This document shows positions 38,657 through 49,268 of a stretch of 64,000 nt of DNA, piece after piece. How positions within the stretch are numbered: position 1 is the first letter of the stretch; each line of letters begins with the position of its first letter. The notes under the pieces were generated by a model. That model was given only the letters and a program-made list of their open reading frames with translations. It searched no databases and was not told the DNA's origin. Origin of the DNA: Thermoproteota archaeon (lineage in GTDB: Archaea; Korarchaeota; Korarchaeia; Korarchaeales; Korarchaeaceae); NCBI GenBank assembly GCA_027492205.1, contig JAOZFN010000007.1, forward strand, positions 251,278-315,277, given 5' to 3'. Both the position numbers and the translations under genes were made by a program.

Positions 38657-39409
38657 TTGGATGGAGAGGTTCCCGTCTTGACCATTTCTCCCGTAAAGCT
38701 GATTGTCATTTTCCTGATAGTTGCGACATCGACCCTCTCCCCCTATGTCGTGTCGAGTCGGGCCGCTTCGGGTCGCCTCTGGCTCCCTCCTGGTGGATCG
38801 GGCCGGGCGGAGATTTTGGTAACTGGAACCGAAGATCTCGTTGGAGAGGTTATCCTGACCGTAGAGGCTCCGGAGTTCATCTCCTGCGGTCCCAGCCCCG
38901 AGGCCGTGTGGCTGACCCCGGGGGCCAGCGCCAGCGCTAACCTCACCGTCTCTGCGAAGGGTGACGCTCCGGTCGGGGAGTACGAGGTGGTCGTCCCCGC
39001 CTGCGCGGGGGAGACGTGCTCGCGGGCAGCCGTGCCCGTCGCTATCGGGGAGCTGAACGTGACCCTATCCCAGGTGGGCCCCCAGCTGAAGGTCGGAGAG
39101 GTGCAACGCTCAGAGCGTCAGTCGAGTCTGTGGGACCTTCCCCCGAGTTCGCCAGCGCCTCGTCAGCTCTCCCTGCGCCGACGTGACCCCCGACGCGGTG
39201 ACGGGGGCCCTCCCTTCAACGTCGAGCTTTCTGCCACGGCGGACCTGGCTGTAGAGTGCGTAGTTGAGGTCTCGGCCGCGGCTGGAGGCGCGGCCTGGTT
39301 CGCAGAACTCGCCGTTGAGTTCCTGCCCCTGGGAACGTTCAAACTCGTCGATGTGAGCCTCCCACCCTCGCTCCCGCTTGGAGACGACCTGGCCGTGAGG
39401 GGTCGGTGA
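38657..39409 (+). CDS. Hypothetical secreted/surface protein with Ig-like beta domain, possibly degenerate
   Basis: N-terminal hydrophobic segment, LTPGASASANLTVSAKGDAPVGEYEV pattern. Confidence 0.45.
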   Translation: MDGEVPVLTISPVKLIVIFLIVATSTLSPYVVSSRAASGRLWLPPGGSGRAEILVTGTEDLVGEVILTVEAPEFISCGPSPEAVWLTPGASASANLTVSAKGDAPVGEYEVVVPACAGETCSRAAVPVAIGELNVTLSQVGPQLKVGEVQRSERQSSLWDLPPSSPAPRQLSLRRRDPRRGDGGPPFNVELSATADLAVECVVEVSAAAGGAAWFAELAVEFLPLGTFKLVDVSLPPSLPLGDDLAVRGR

Positions 39410-39710
39410 CTCGCTCCCGAGCCCACAACGGCGCCCGCGGGCGCGATGAGTCCCCAGCCCGCTGCCCAGCCCTTCCCGATCGAGGAACCGCGGCGGGGGT
39501 CCTGGGAGAGTTCACGCGTTCGGCCTACGGCGGCGGGCCTGGAAATCGCCATTGAAACCGCGGGGAAAGGCCCGCCCCACCGGCGAACGAAGTCGAGGCG
39601 GGCCGCGCATCGCGGGAGGCGGGACCGGCGCCCGGGGGCCGGCCGCGCGGCGGAGACTGGCCAAAGCGCCACTGGGCCGAGAGGGGGCGAACCTTTTTCC
39701 CCTTCCCCCG

Positions 39711-40325
39711 GTGTGGGGGCGGGGGTGCCGCGAGACGGGCGAGGAGGAGAAGGTTGGCGGGGAGAGGAGGATCAGGGTCTTGAAGATGGACGGGTCTCTG
39801 GAGGACTTCGACCCGTCCAAGATCGAGCGGTCCTGCGTAGCGGCCGGCGCCACGCCAGAGGCCGCCAGGGAGATCGCGGAGGAGGTCGCGTCGAGGGTGA
39901 CCGACGGGACGACCACCAGGGAGATTAGGTCCATGGTCTTGGAGGAGCTCGAGAGGAGGGACCCGCAGTGGGCGGACAACTGGAGGTTCTACGATCGCGT
40001 CGTTAAGGGCAGGATCACCTACGAGGGAGGCAAGTTCGTGGTCGTGGAGAAGGGACACCTCTACCTGGGAAGGGAGGTCCAGGACGTCGGGAAGCCCGGG
40101 CTGGACAGCGCGGAGGAGGTCGCCGGCATACTGAGGGAGCTGGAGGAGGACCTGGAGCACGGGGTCTCCAGGAGGACGATCAACGCCAGGACCAGGGTGC
40201 TGTTCCTGGCCGTGCTCAGGTCGAAGAAGATGAGCAGGGAGGAGAAGCTGAAGGCGATAGGGCTGATCAACGAGTTCAGAGAGAAGCTGGGCTGGAAGCC
40301 CTTCGAGCTGAAGAAGCCGATCTGA
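39711..40325 (+). CDS. ATP-cone domain protein with unknown C-terminal domain
   Basis: IRVLKMDGSLEDFDPSKIERS...TTREIRSMVLEEL; start uncertain. Confidence 0.75.
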   Translation: MWGRGCRETGEEEKVGGERRIRVLKMDGSLEDFDPSKIERSCVAAGATPEAAREIAEEVASRVTDGTTTREIRSMVLEELERRDPQWADNWRFYDRVVKGRITYEGGKFVVVEKGHLYLGREVQDVGKPGLDSAEEVAGILRELEEDLEHGVSRRTINARTRVLFLAVLRSKKMSREEKLKAIGLINEFREKLGWKPFELKKPI

Positions 40326-40650
40326 CCCCCCAACCCGAGCCAGAAGAGGAGCCAATCCCCTATCTTCGACGGGAGGACCTCCCTGATCCCGGGCGTGATC
40401 TTGAGGCCGTGAGCCTCCCAGCGTACCTCGAGACCGCGTCGAGCGGGGCCTCCCTGGCATCGGCGGTGAGGTCGTCGCCACATAATGCACCCGGACTTGG
40501 GCATCGCGACCTCTCTGAACATGCGTTATATCAGGTTGTGCAGGGGGGTGGGGGCCTCTGTGCAGAAGGCATAAGTCCCGTAGACCAAGAAGCCCTAGAA
40601 GGCTTCGCACCCCCTCCGTTGCGAAGCCTCTTGAGACCTAAGACCTAACC

Positions 40651-40690
40651 CCCATTCATGGGAGCTAATATTATATTTCCCACAAGTGGG
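40651..40690. promoter_or_regulatory. Two CCCAY-N2-RTGGG palindromes flanking the TATA box of the AbrB-VapC operon
   Basis: CCCATTCATGGG at 40651-40662 and CCCACAAGTGGG at 40679-40690. Confidence 0.6.
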
Positions 40691-40699
40691 TTGTTATTG

Positions 40700-40942
40700 A
40701 TGTCTACCCACATCGTGGAGATGGATGACAGGGGGAGGGTCCTCATCCCGAAGAGGCTGCGGAAGTCTATGAGGTCTAGGAGATTCCTCCTCACCGTTAG
40801 CGATAGGAGAATAGAGCTCATCCCATTGGATGATCCAAAGGAGGCCTTCAGGAAGTTGAAGGGGTCAAGGCAGCTGCCCTTTGGCTGGAAGGAGGCCAAG
40901 AGAATCGCCGAGAGCTTGGCGAGCGAGGAGGTCACCGATTGA
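40700..40942 (+). CDS. AbrB/MazE-type antitoxin
   Basis: MDDRGRVLIPKRLRK. Confidence 0.85.
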   Translation: MSTHIVEMDDRGRVLIPKRLRKSMRSRRFLLTVSDRRIELIPLDDPKEAFRKLKGSRQLPFGWKEAKRIAESLASEEVTD

Positions 40943-41352
40943 TGCCCTTAATCGAGCTGGACGTCCTCCTAGCCTTCATAAATAGATCCGACAAGCATCA
41001 CGAGGTCGCTTCACGCGTTATAGAGGCGTCAATCTCCGATGAGAGCTATTACCTCTCATCGGTAGCCTTGATTGAGATGTCCCTGATCTACAGATCGAGG
41101 TCCATGGAGCTGGAATTGGAGGAAGACCTGAGGCTCCTCCTCTCCCTCTTTGACGGGCGAACGACTCACCTCACCCCCTTGGAGGCGATGAGGGCTGTGT
41201 GGATCAGGAGGAAGTACGGCCTCTCCTTCTTCGACTCCCTGAACGCGGCATCGGCGATGAGTCTGGACTCCACAATCGTGTCGTTCGACGAGGCGTATGA
41301 CGACGTGGAGGGGTTGAGGAGGATCGACCCCGAGGATCTGAGAGCCAAGTGA
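40939..41352 (+). CDS. vapC: PIN-domain toxin (VapC)
   Basis: ELDVLLA, ALIEM, SFFDSLNAA, SFDEAYD. Confidence 0.85.
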   Translation: MMPLIELDVLLAFINRSDKHHEVASRVIEASISDESYYLSSVALIEMSLIYRSRSMELELEEDLRLLLSLFDGRTTHLTPLEAMRAVWIRRKYGLSFFDSLNAASAMSLDSTIVSFDEAYDDVEGLRRIDPEDLRAK

Positions 41353-41815
41353 CCACCGTGGGGCTCATCCACGTCATACCCTCTCCTGCAATGCCAGTTC
41401 GCGGTCCCGCACAGATCTCACAGGTCTTACCGGATCGTTCAAGCGATCAACAGTCGGGTGTCTGGCTCACGGATCCCTATCCCTAGCCATCCTCCCCTCT
41501 GGCCTCACTTCGAAGCTCTCTGAGAGTCCTCGTCTGCCCCCCAATTATCCTAGCCTCGAGCGTTCCGTGGCTCTACTACCCACCCCCTTGGTATGGTGTC
41601 GCAGTAGCCCCAGCCAGCTCTGCGCAGGAGTTCAGCCCAGAGATACCATGGTCCCTCGATGGCCCCTTCAGCACGTGCGGGAGCGGCGCTAGGGGGAGAA
41701 GACCCGTCACTATTCTGAGTCCCGAGATCAGAGCCGTAATGCGACGAGAACCTGCCTCGTAAGCAAGGACGACATCCTCTTTTGCTCATCTCAACTCAGA
41801 AGGCTCAAAAATCGC

Positions 41816-42721
41816 CTAGAGGATCATGGGGGGGGTCGAGGATGGTGACTCAATCATCGAGATCACCATCTCTATGAAGTCCGACCTGGGCACATCCGGA
41901 CTGCCCAGAATCACGTAGCTGACCTTCCAGTCCCTAGAGAAGAAGAGCGCGTAGTGGGTGAAGAACGGCACGCTCCTGTCTTCAACTATCTTAATGTACA
42001 CCTCAGTCTCGTTTATATTTAGTATCATTTTATCGGATTTAGGTAACAAAATTCTAACATAACTCCCGTCCCTAAGCCAGAACTCATAGTACAGGGTGCC
42101 GTTCCTTTCAGCGAGTTCGACCTTCTCGATGTCGCTCGGGTCGATGGTCGGATCCCTCTTAAGCAGGAGATCAACCGGAGAGGCCTCAGCCCCAATGTAC
42201 TCTCGAAAGGCGTCTATGGTCTCTCTTCCACCTTCTCCACTTCCGTGGGGGGAGTATTTAGCTATGATGAGTACTCCGCCAGCCCCCATTACGTCCTCAA
42301 GGGTATACCCTTCGCCGAGTCTCCGGGGAGCATAAGTGAGATAGACCGCGACGCCGCTCTCCCCCTCCTCAAGTCTGACATCCACCAGCCTGAGGGAGTG
42401 GGGCACGCGTCTGGGCATCTGGAGTCCAGACGGCATTGAGGCCAGTGCCTCGTCTAGCGGCACACTTTTCCCGGGGACCGGCTCTGGGGGCGGGGCCCAT
42501 GCAACAAATGACCCACTTCCGGACCTGTGATTGCTGTCATTCGCCTGTTTACCCAAGTCCCGCGGATCTACCCCTAGCGGAGAGAATCCCAGGGCTTTAG
42601 CGGCTAAAATACAAAGGATTAGTGCGGCGGATGCGACGATCACTAATATCCAGGTTCTGCCTTCTGTTTTCAATTCTAACCACCGCATCGACTCTCCTCT
42701 GAAAGATAAATTCTGCATCAT
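41816..42721 (-). CDS. Hypothetical membrane-anchored extracellular protein
   Basis: N-terminal TM helix, long ORF, lower GC. Confidence 0.55.
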   Translation of the reverse strand: MMQNLSFRGESMRWLELKTEGRTWILVIVASAALILCILAAKALGFSPLGVDPRDLGKQANDSNHRSGSGSFVAWAPPPEPVPGKSVPLDEALASMPSGLQMPRRVPHSLRLVDVRLEEGESGVAVYLTYAPRRLGEGYTLEDVMGAGGVLIIAKYSPHGSGEGGRETIDAFREYIGAEASPVDLLLKRDPTIDPSDIEKVELAERNGTLYYEFWLRDGSYVRILLPKSDKMILNINETEVYIKIVEDRSVPFFTHYALFFSRDWKVSYVILGSPDVPRSDFIEMVISMIESPSSTPPMIL

Positions 42722-42936
42722 CTCAAGCCAGCAGATTAACGCGTACGGGGGCCTATACGTCGCTGCGTCCTCGCCTACCTCACGATAGTTCTCCGAACTC
42801 AGTCCAGACGCCAGGCCTCAGAGCGTCGCAGGGAAACTGGCGCCACTTGAGGAGTCGTTCACCCGTGCCGAGTGGGGGCAGCGCTCTGCGGCAAGCACAC
42901 GATTCACTCGAGCGTCGGGAGCGATCTCGGCAGCCG

Positions 42937-43731
42937 TCAGTCTATTGTCGTCCTCCCGAACACCGCTATCGAGACCGCCGTGAACGCGAGCGATAGCACC
43001 GCCAGCAGGGCCAGGTCCGTCCAGAGGCCAAGCTCCCCCACCCCTACCAGCGCGGCCCTGCACCCGTCCACGCCGTAGGTGAGCGGATCCACGTAGGCGA
43101 GGTAGCGCATCCAGTCGGGCATCGTCCTCAGGGGGTAGAAGGCCCCGCTCAGGAAGAGGAGGGGCATCGAGAGGAACGTGTTGATGAGCTGGAATCCCTC
43201 CATGCTCCTCATCCTAGAGCCCAGCACTATGCCCAGGGAGGTGAAGGTCAGGGAGACCATCAGCATGAACGCCACGGCCAGCGGGATCCCGGAGAGGCTC
43301 ACCTGGGGTGCGAGCAGGGAGGTCATGACCAGGATGATGAGCCCCTGTATCACGGCCGTCGTGGTGTCCCCGAGGGCCCTGCCCAGGATCGAGGCGGACC
43401 TGGGGACCGGCGCCACCAGCACCTCCTTGAGGAAGCCGAACTCCCTGTCCCAGATCACCGAGATGCCGGACATGAATGAGGTCATGAAGACGCTCATCAT
43501 GATCACGCCGGGCGCCATGAAGGACAGGTAGTCCAGCGAGGCCGAGCCCGGCCTGGCGGCGGCGAGCCTCATGGCCCCACCGAGCCCCATGCCGAAGAAC
43601 ACCAGCCACATCACAGGCTGGACCGCAGTGCCAACCACGCGGGACCTGGCCCTGAGGAACCTCCTGATCTGCCTGTACCACATGGTGGAGATCGTCCTGA
43701 AGTACGCCTCGGCGGTCGCCACCCGCATCAC
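42937..43731 (-). CDS. ABC-2 type exporter permease
   Basis: DREFGFLKEVLVAP, FLSGAFYP, PLTYGVD. Confidence 0.92.
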   Translation of the reverse strand: MMRVATAEAYFRTISTMWYRQIRRFLRARSRVVGTAVQPVMWLVFFGMGLGGAMRLAAARPGSASLDYLSFMAPGVIMMSVFMTSFMSGISVIWDREFGFLKEVLVAPVPRSASILGRALGDTTTAVIQGLIILVMTSLLAPQVSLSGIPLAVAFMLMVSLTFTSLGIVLGSRMRSMEGFQLINTFLSMPLLFLSGAFYPLRTMPDWMRYLAYVDPLTYGVDGCRAALVGVGELGLWTDLALLAVLSLAFTAVSIAVFGRTTID

Positions 43732-44735
43732 CTCCCGGCCCTCCTCATCCTGGCCATCCGCCTCATGCGCACGTGGTCGAAGAAGCTGGCCTCCTCGTCC
43801 CTCAGGCTCCTGCCCGTGACGTGGAGGAACACGTCCTCGAGGTCGGGGGTCCTGTACCTCACCTCCCTGACCCCCACGCCGAGGGACGAGGCGAGCGAGA
43901 CCGCCGCAGGGATCGCCTGCGCGGCGTTCTCGGTGGATATGGAGACGGTGCCGTTCAGGGCCCTGACCTCAGATCCGAGTCCCTCCCGCCGGATGGCCTC
44001 GGCCAGCCTCTCCGCCTCTCCCGGGGGATCGACCGCGACGTACACGACCTCCCCGCCGACGATGGACCTGAGTTCGTCGACGGTCCCCACGGCGACTATC
44101 CTCCCGTGGTCGATTATCGCGACGCGGTCGCACAGCCTCTCGGCCTCGTCCATGTAGTGGGTGGTGAGGAAGATGGTCAGCCCCTCTCTACGAAGGGCCC
44201 TGATGTACTCCCAGATCCTGGCCCTGGTCTGCGGATCCAGGCCGACGGTGGGCTCGTCCAGGAAGATCACGTCAGCCTCGTAGAGCAGCGCCCGGGCTAT
44301 CTCGAGCCTGCGCATCATGCCCCCGCTGTACCTGTCCACCGTGACGTGCAGCCACCTCTCTATCTCCGTGAACCTGGCAGCTCTCTCTATCCTCTCCGCC
44401 AGCTCGTCCCTGGGGATGCCGTAGAGCCTCCCGTGTATCCACAGGTTCTCCCAGCCGGTCAGCCTCCTGTCCAGCGTGGGGTCCTGGAAGACCACGCTTA
44501 TCCTCTCCCTCACCCTGTCCGGCTCCGCCACGACGTCGTGGCCAGCTACCCTAGCGGTGCCCTCGGTGGGCCTCATCAGCGTGATCAGCATGTTGATGGT
44601 GGTGGTCTTGCCGGCGCCGTTCGGGCCGAGGAAGCCGAAGATCTCGCCCCCATCCACCCTGAAGGAGACGTGATCGACGGCCGTGAAGTCGCCGAACCTC
44701 TTGGTCAGGCCGTCCGCCTCTATCGCCGCGCCCAT
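43728..44735 (-). CDS. ABC exporter ATPase (DrrA-like)
   Basis: GPNGAGKTT, YSGGM, LDEPT, LTTHYMDEA. Confidence 0.93.
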   Translation of the reverse strand: MGAAIEADGLTKRFGDFTAVDHVSFRVDGGEIFGFLGPNGAGKTTTINMLITLMRPTEGTARVAGHDVVAEPDRVRERISVVFQDPTLDRRLTGWENLWIHGRLYGIPRDELAERIERAARFTEIERWLHVTVDRYSGGMMRRLEIARALLYEADVIFLDEPTVGLDPQTRARIWEYIRALRREGLTIFLTTHYMDEAERLCDRVAIIDHGRIVAVGTVDELRSIVGGEVVYVAVDPPGEAERLAEAIRREGLGSEVRALNGTVSISTENAAQAIPAAVSLASSLGVGVREVRYRTPDLEDVFLHVTGRSLRDEEASFFDHVRMRRMARMRRAGR

Positions 44736-45121
44736 GCTGGATCGCTAAAATGCTCGGGTCCGATATATTATACTTCTACCCGAAGTTGAGAGGGAGGGGA
44801 GAGTGCGGCGACAGGGTGGAAAACCATGCTCTCCCTCTTGACGCGCTCGAGGAGATTCGACATGTCAGGATAAAGGAGACGCTCATCCCCCTTGAGTGAT
44901 TTTGAGTAGGCTCTGGGCTGGGGCCTTCCGGTGGAGTACCCTGTCCCTCCCGCTTGACGCGCACGCACAGAGAGAGGGTTATGTACACAACTGGCTTGAG
45001 TCCAGGTAGAGACCCCTACATCATCTACGCCTTCGCCAGAATGCTCTTCAAGCGGCCAGTCTGGGCCAACATCAAACTCTGAAGACCGAGACCCGAGTAC
45101 GCGGACCCTTTCTTTGACCAT

Positions 45122-45141
45122 GGTTATCAATATATATAACC
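45122..45141. promoter_or_regulatory. GGTTAT-N8-ATAACC inverted repeat over the TATA box of the AbiE operon
   Basis: Seen about 20-40 nt upstream of ATG 45160. Confidence 0.5.
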
Positions 45142-45159
45142 TAGGTATACACAAGGGAG

Positions 45160-45813
45160 ATGGGTATCTACCGAAGGATACCTCTGGCCAAGATCCTCAA
45201 GGGCAGATTGCTGAGGATAGCAGAACTCCAAGATGTCCTGGTAATGGAACTCTCCAAGAGGTTCAACTTCATCCTGCACGGCGGCACGGCGGTGTGGAGG
45301 GTGTACGGGGGGAAGAGGTTCTCCATAGACGTAGACATCTATTGCGAGGAGCCAGGGGAGCTGGCGAGGGTGCTCAAGTCTCTCCCAATCTTCAGTGTGG
45401 TCAGGGCAAAGGTAACCCCCTCGGAGGTGCTCTACCTCAGGGTGAGAGACGAGTCGGGGGCCGAGGCAGAACTCAAGGCGTCTCCCCCGTCTGAGGAGGT
45501 CGAGACCACGGAGGCCGACTACTGGATGACAGACGGTGGTAGCCTAGTAGTCAAGACCCTGACGCCCTGCGGGCTCCTCCGGGAAAAGGTGAAGGCATTC
45601 GTGGGAAGGAGGAAGTCCAGGGACCTGTATGATGTATACTACCTGCTCGACCTATGTGAGGAACGCGACGCCAGAGCCAGCGTGAAGGCCCTTCTCACGC
45701 TCCTCGACAGCCCTCCCGAGGACTTCAACGGTCTTCGAGAACTCATATTGATGGGAAGACCCCCCAGCTTCGAGTCCATCGTTCGGAAGGTGAGGCTCTA
45801 CGCCCAGGCGTAA
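45160..45813 (+). CDS. AbiEii-family nucleotidyltransferase toxin
   Basis: LHGGTAV...RFSIDVD, EKVKA, RDLYD. Confidence 0.88.
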   Translation: MGIYRRIPLAKILKGRLLRIAELQDVLVMELSKRFNFILHGGTAVWRVYGGKRFSIDVDIYCEEPGELARVLKSLPIFSVVRAKVTPSEVLYLRVRDESGAEAELKASPPSEEVETTEADYWMTDGGSLVVKTLTPCGLLREKVKAFVGRRKSRDLYDVYYLLDLCEERDARASVKALLTLLDSPPEDFNGLRELILMGRPPSFESIVRKVRLYAQA

Positions 45814-45817
45814 GTAC

Positions 45818-46417
45818 ATGGATCTCTTGGAGAAGCTGCGAAGCTCAAGCGTCTTCACCTTCAGGCTCGTCGAGGGGGTCGTCGGGCGGGCCTACGCCAA
45901 GGTCTTGATACACAACCTCCGCAGGAGGGGGGAGATCGTAGAACTCCTGAGGGGAGTCTACACATTCAAGAAGTCGCCGTACATGATGACCAAGGCCCTT
46001 CCGAAGTCGTACGTGGGCCTGGGCGCCGCGGCTTTCCTCCAGGGAGCTTGGAGCCAGGTCCCCGTGATGACGATCCTGTCGCCGCTGGTGCCGACCGCAG
46101 TGAGGGGGGGCGAGAGGAAGATCTGCAGGAGCGCGGTAATCCTCAGGAGGATCTCCCCAAAGATGTACTTCGGATACCATCTTGTGTGGGTGGACGAGCT
46201 GGGCGAGTGGGTGAGGGTCTCCAGCCGAGAGAAGACCCTGCTAGACGTGATATACATGAACTATCCGTTCGCAAGCGAGTTAATCCCAAATCTGTTGGAG
46301 GGGGTAGATGAAGAAAAGCTCACGAGATACCTCGGGGTGATGAGGGAGAGGCGAGTCAGGGGGTTTAAGAAGGTCTCATCGGAGCTGGAGAGGCTGGGTC
46401 TGGGGGTCAGGGCTTGA
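45818..46417 (+). CDS. AbiEi-family antitoxin
   Basis: wHTH with LLRGVY, SYVGLGAA, REKTLLD. Confidence 0.82.
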   Translation: MDLLEKLRSSSVFTFRLVEGVVGRAYAKVLIHNLRRRGEIVELLRGVYTFKKSPYMMTKALPKSYVGLGAAAFLQGAWSQVPVMTILSPLVPTAVRGGERKICRSAVILRRISPKMYFGYHLVWVDELGEWVRVSSREKTLLDVIYMNYPFASELIPNLLEGVDEEKLTRYLGVMRERRVRGFKKVSSELERLGLGVRA

Positions 46418-46922
46418 CCCGCCCTCCAGCGGCCCGTGGATCTGACCGCTTCAGGGACTCTCGGTCAGGTCGACCCAGCGTGGGAGGGGGCCGTGAAATC
46501 CTCTCGATGGCGGCGAACAGGTTTAGGGAGACGTGCAGTACCACAGACGGCCACACAGAGTGGGGGGTGGAACAGCCCGAAGGCCAGAGCCGAGACCAGG
46601 GCCGCAGGCCATCCCCGATGATCGACGAGAGGTGAGAGATGAGGAGCCCCTGCAGGTGAACTCCCCGGCAGCCCTACGTAGTAGAGCTTGTTGGGCAGCT
46701 CTCTCGCCTCCTCCGCCAGGGGCCTCAGCCTCGGGGAGACCCTGCAGCGACCCATCCGGCACGAGATGATCGCGAGCGCCGTGTGGATCCCCAGGTCGAG
46801 GGGGTACGGGAGGGTCGCGAGGGCCAGCCCAAGCGCGGCTGCAGGGGCGAGCCACCATGTAACCCCCGAGGCTGTGGAGATTAGGATCGGAGCGACCCCG
46901 CAAGAGGTACGTGGCATGAACG

Positions 46923-47027
46923 GCCGCCCTGAGGCGCCTCCCCCTAGCCACCCAATCCTCCAGTCTGAGGGAGGGTCTGACGAATAGGACCAAGGCCGTT
47001 GGGACTGCCAGCGCGTAGATCGAGGCG
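46923..47027. repeat. 105-bp direct repeat, copy 1 (in a membrane-protein gene remnant on the minus strand)
   Basis: Matches 47991-48095 with two mismatches. Confidence 0.9.
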
Positions 47028-47162
47028 TTTTTGTTTTTACATAAACTCCGAAGTATCAGGGAAAAAAGGAAATCTTAAATACCCCATATGGCACGCTTGA
47101 CTGGCGCTTCAGGGGGTACGTGGGAAATCGATCCAGACTCTCGACCTCCGCGAGGTGGTTGA

Positions 47163-47441
47163 ATGGATGAAATAATAGACAAACTAGTTTCCATCTTGAA
47201 AAAGCATGGGGCCAAAAGAATTGAGATATTTGGCTCATACGCCAGAGGCGAAGCGGAACCCGGGAGCGATCTAGACGTCATCGTTGAATTTGAAGGAAGG
47301 AAGAGTCTACTCGAACTCGTGGGGATAGAACAGGAGTTGGAAGACGCCTTGGGCATAGAGGTAGATTTGCTCACTAGGGCGTCTATCAGCCCATACCTTA
47401 TAGAGAGAATTAAGAAGGAATCTAAGGTGATATACGGATGA
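47163..47441 (+). CDS. Minimal nucleotidyltransferase (MNT) antitoxin
   Basis: FGSYARGE...SDLDV; AT-rich. Confidence 0.92.
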   Translation: MDEIIDKLVSILKKHGAKRIEIFGSYARGEAEPGSDLDVIVEFEGRKSLLELVGIEQELEDALGIEVDLLTRASISPYLIERIKKESKVIYG

Positions 47442-47788
47442 AAAAGAAGGACGATTCAGTATTTCTCAGACATATCCTAGATGCTATTAACCTAATAGAA
47501 GAGTATCTTAGAGGTAAAAGTTACGCGGATTTTAAAAGCAACCGCATGCTACAGGATGCTGTCATAAGAGAAATTGAGATAATCGGAGAAGCTGCTAAAA
47601 ATCTTTCAGCAGAATTTAGAAACAGACACTCGAATATACCATGGAGGCAAATAGCTGGGATGAGGGACAAGCTCATACACGGGTACTTCGGAGTAGATTT
47701 AGATGCTGTATGGGTTACGGTGACAAAAGACGTCCCGGCATTGAAAGAGAAATTGTTGGAGATAATAGGGGAGGAGGAAGAGGGGTGA
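47438..47788 (+). CDS. HEPN (DUF86) RNase toxin
   Basis: [22 protein letters not shown] (R-X4-H). Confidence 0.92.
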   Translation: MKKKDDSVFLRHILDAINLIEEYLRGKSYADFKSNRMLQDAVIREIEIIGEAAKNLSAEFRNRHSNIPWRQIAGMRDKLIHGYFGVDLDAVWVTVTKDVPALKEKLLEIIGEEEEG

Positions 47789-47924
47789 GCGATAGGGAGA
47801 TTCCCACCCATTATCCAGAAGGCCCAGCCAGACTTGACCAGCGCGACTATCGTCTAGACGGCTATCCTCGTGCCCTCGATCCTGACAGAGCTCCGAGGAC
47901 CCCCGGCGTCTTGACCACGGGCAT
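47785..47924 (-). pseudogene. DUF433-family remnant
   Basis: MPVVKTPGVLG [frameshift] VRIEGTRIAV*TIVALVKSG. Confidence 0.6.
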
Positions 47925-47990
47925 CCAAGCCTCTAGGCTTGAAGGCAGGGAAAAGCAGCCTCCATCCCTATCGCGCGCGTAGCGTAAACT

Positions 47991-48095
47991 GCCGCCCTGA
48001 GGCGCCTCCCCCTAGCCACCCAATCCTCCAGTCTGAGGGAGGGTCTGACGAATAGGACCAAGGCCGTTGGGACTACCAGAGCGTAGATCGAGGCG
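47991..48095. repeat. 105-bp direct repeat, copy 2
   Basis: Matches 46923-47027. Confidence 0.9.
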
Positions 48096-48188
48096 GCCAG
48101 GGCCAGCAACGAGGACATGCAACTACGAGAGCTTCGGCAGATGGCTGCCAAATAAGGAACCCCTACTCGCCGGGCCCTGAGCCAGCGC

Positions 48189-48622
48189 TCAGGGGTCCAG
48201 CCCCCTCTCCTCGGCCCACTCCGAGATGGACAACGCGAGCCTCGCGATGTCCACGTACTTCCTCCCCCTGAGCACCTCCCCAACTAACCCGAGGTCGACC
48301 GCCGCGTACTGGTGCACGACGACGTTCCTGAAGCCGACTATCCTCCTGAATAGCCGGGCGTTGCTCTCGTCTAGTATTCCAGCCTCTCTCAGGTGGCGAG
48401 AGACCTCGGAGTAGCTGGCCGGCACAGCTATCCCGGCCTCGGAGATCACGTGGGAGGCCAGGTCTGGTCTATCAGGGCCTGGGAGGCGAGCTGGAGCGCG
48501 TGAGGGGCCGCCAGGAGGTAGAATCAATCCTCCAAGATCTTCTCTACGCCCTCAGACCCAATGCGAGCGTCTAAGAGTTCGAGGTTCTCCCTAATGATCT
48601 GCAGGAGCCTGTGCAGCCTCAT
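48189..48622 (-). pseudogene. HEPN (DUF86/HepT) toxin pseudogene
   Basis: MRLHRLLQII...ED*FYL...QALID, 5-bp AGACC duplication causing a frameshift, then GFRNVVVHQY. Confidence 0.8.
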
Positions 48623-49086
48623 CCAACCACCTCGAGGGCGCCCTCCTCAGCCTCTCCCCGAGCTCCATCTTCCCCAGGAAGACCGCGAAGTCCAGGTACT
48701 GAGAGAGTACCCTGTCTCGGAGGTTCGCGCAGAGATCCCGGCTCTCGCAGAAGAGGGGGATCCCCCTGACGACGGCCCTGTAGAGGAGTGGGGGGATTCC
48801 ACCGAGTCGAGAAATAGGATGTCCACCCTGTCCTCGGTCACGCCCGGCGCCCCGGTCACCGACTCAAGCAGGTCGGACACCAGCTCGAGCCTGTCGATTC
48901 CTCCCTGGGGAGCACGGCCACATCCACGTCGCTCATGGGCCGGCCGCTCCCTCGGCCATGGAGCCGAACAGGGTCCCCAGCCTCAGTCTGTCCGAGAGCC
49001 GTGACAGCGCCCTCCTCAGCCTCTCCAAGTCGCCGGCGGATAGGCCCAAGCCGGGGCACCGCCTCAGCGGGTTCCGGAACGGACAT
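48619..49086 (-). pseudogene. MNT antitoxin pseudogene
   Basis: LFGSMA and SDVDVAV motifs lie in different frames; DRVDILFL. Confidence 0.7.
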
Positions 49087-49268
49087 AAACTTGACCGAAG
49101 CAAACGCGGATCAGCCCTCGCGAGAGGACTCGCCGCAGGAGGACCCTCGACCCCCCGCTAGATCGATTGCCGAGGCGCCAGCGACCTCGTCATCGGGTAC
49201 CCGGAGTCCCGGACCCTGACGAGCCACTCCCGGGGTCGATCTCACCTCACTCTGGCCCGCGCGAGCGG

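Noticed and set aside
39410-39700. RNase P or SRP RNA in a GC-rich intergenic stretch
   Set aside because: The conserved RNase P (GAGGAAAGUCC, AACAGAA) and SRP helix-8 signatures could not be found.
44768-45154. Remnant of a clan AA aspartyl protease
   Set aside because: Only the N-terminal VRVLGS resemblance is present; no intact DTG motif.
776-47924. Amber (TAG) readthrough or pyrrolysine recoding, suggested by in-frame TAGs in vapC, nurA and the DUF433 relic
   Set aside because: nurA and DUF433 also carry frameshifts, TAG is used as a normal stop by intact genes (for example at 7230 and 60292), and no pyl genes are visible.
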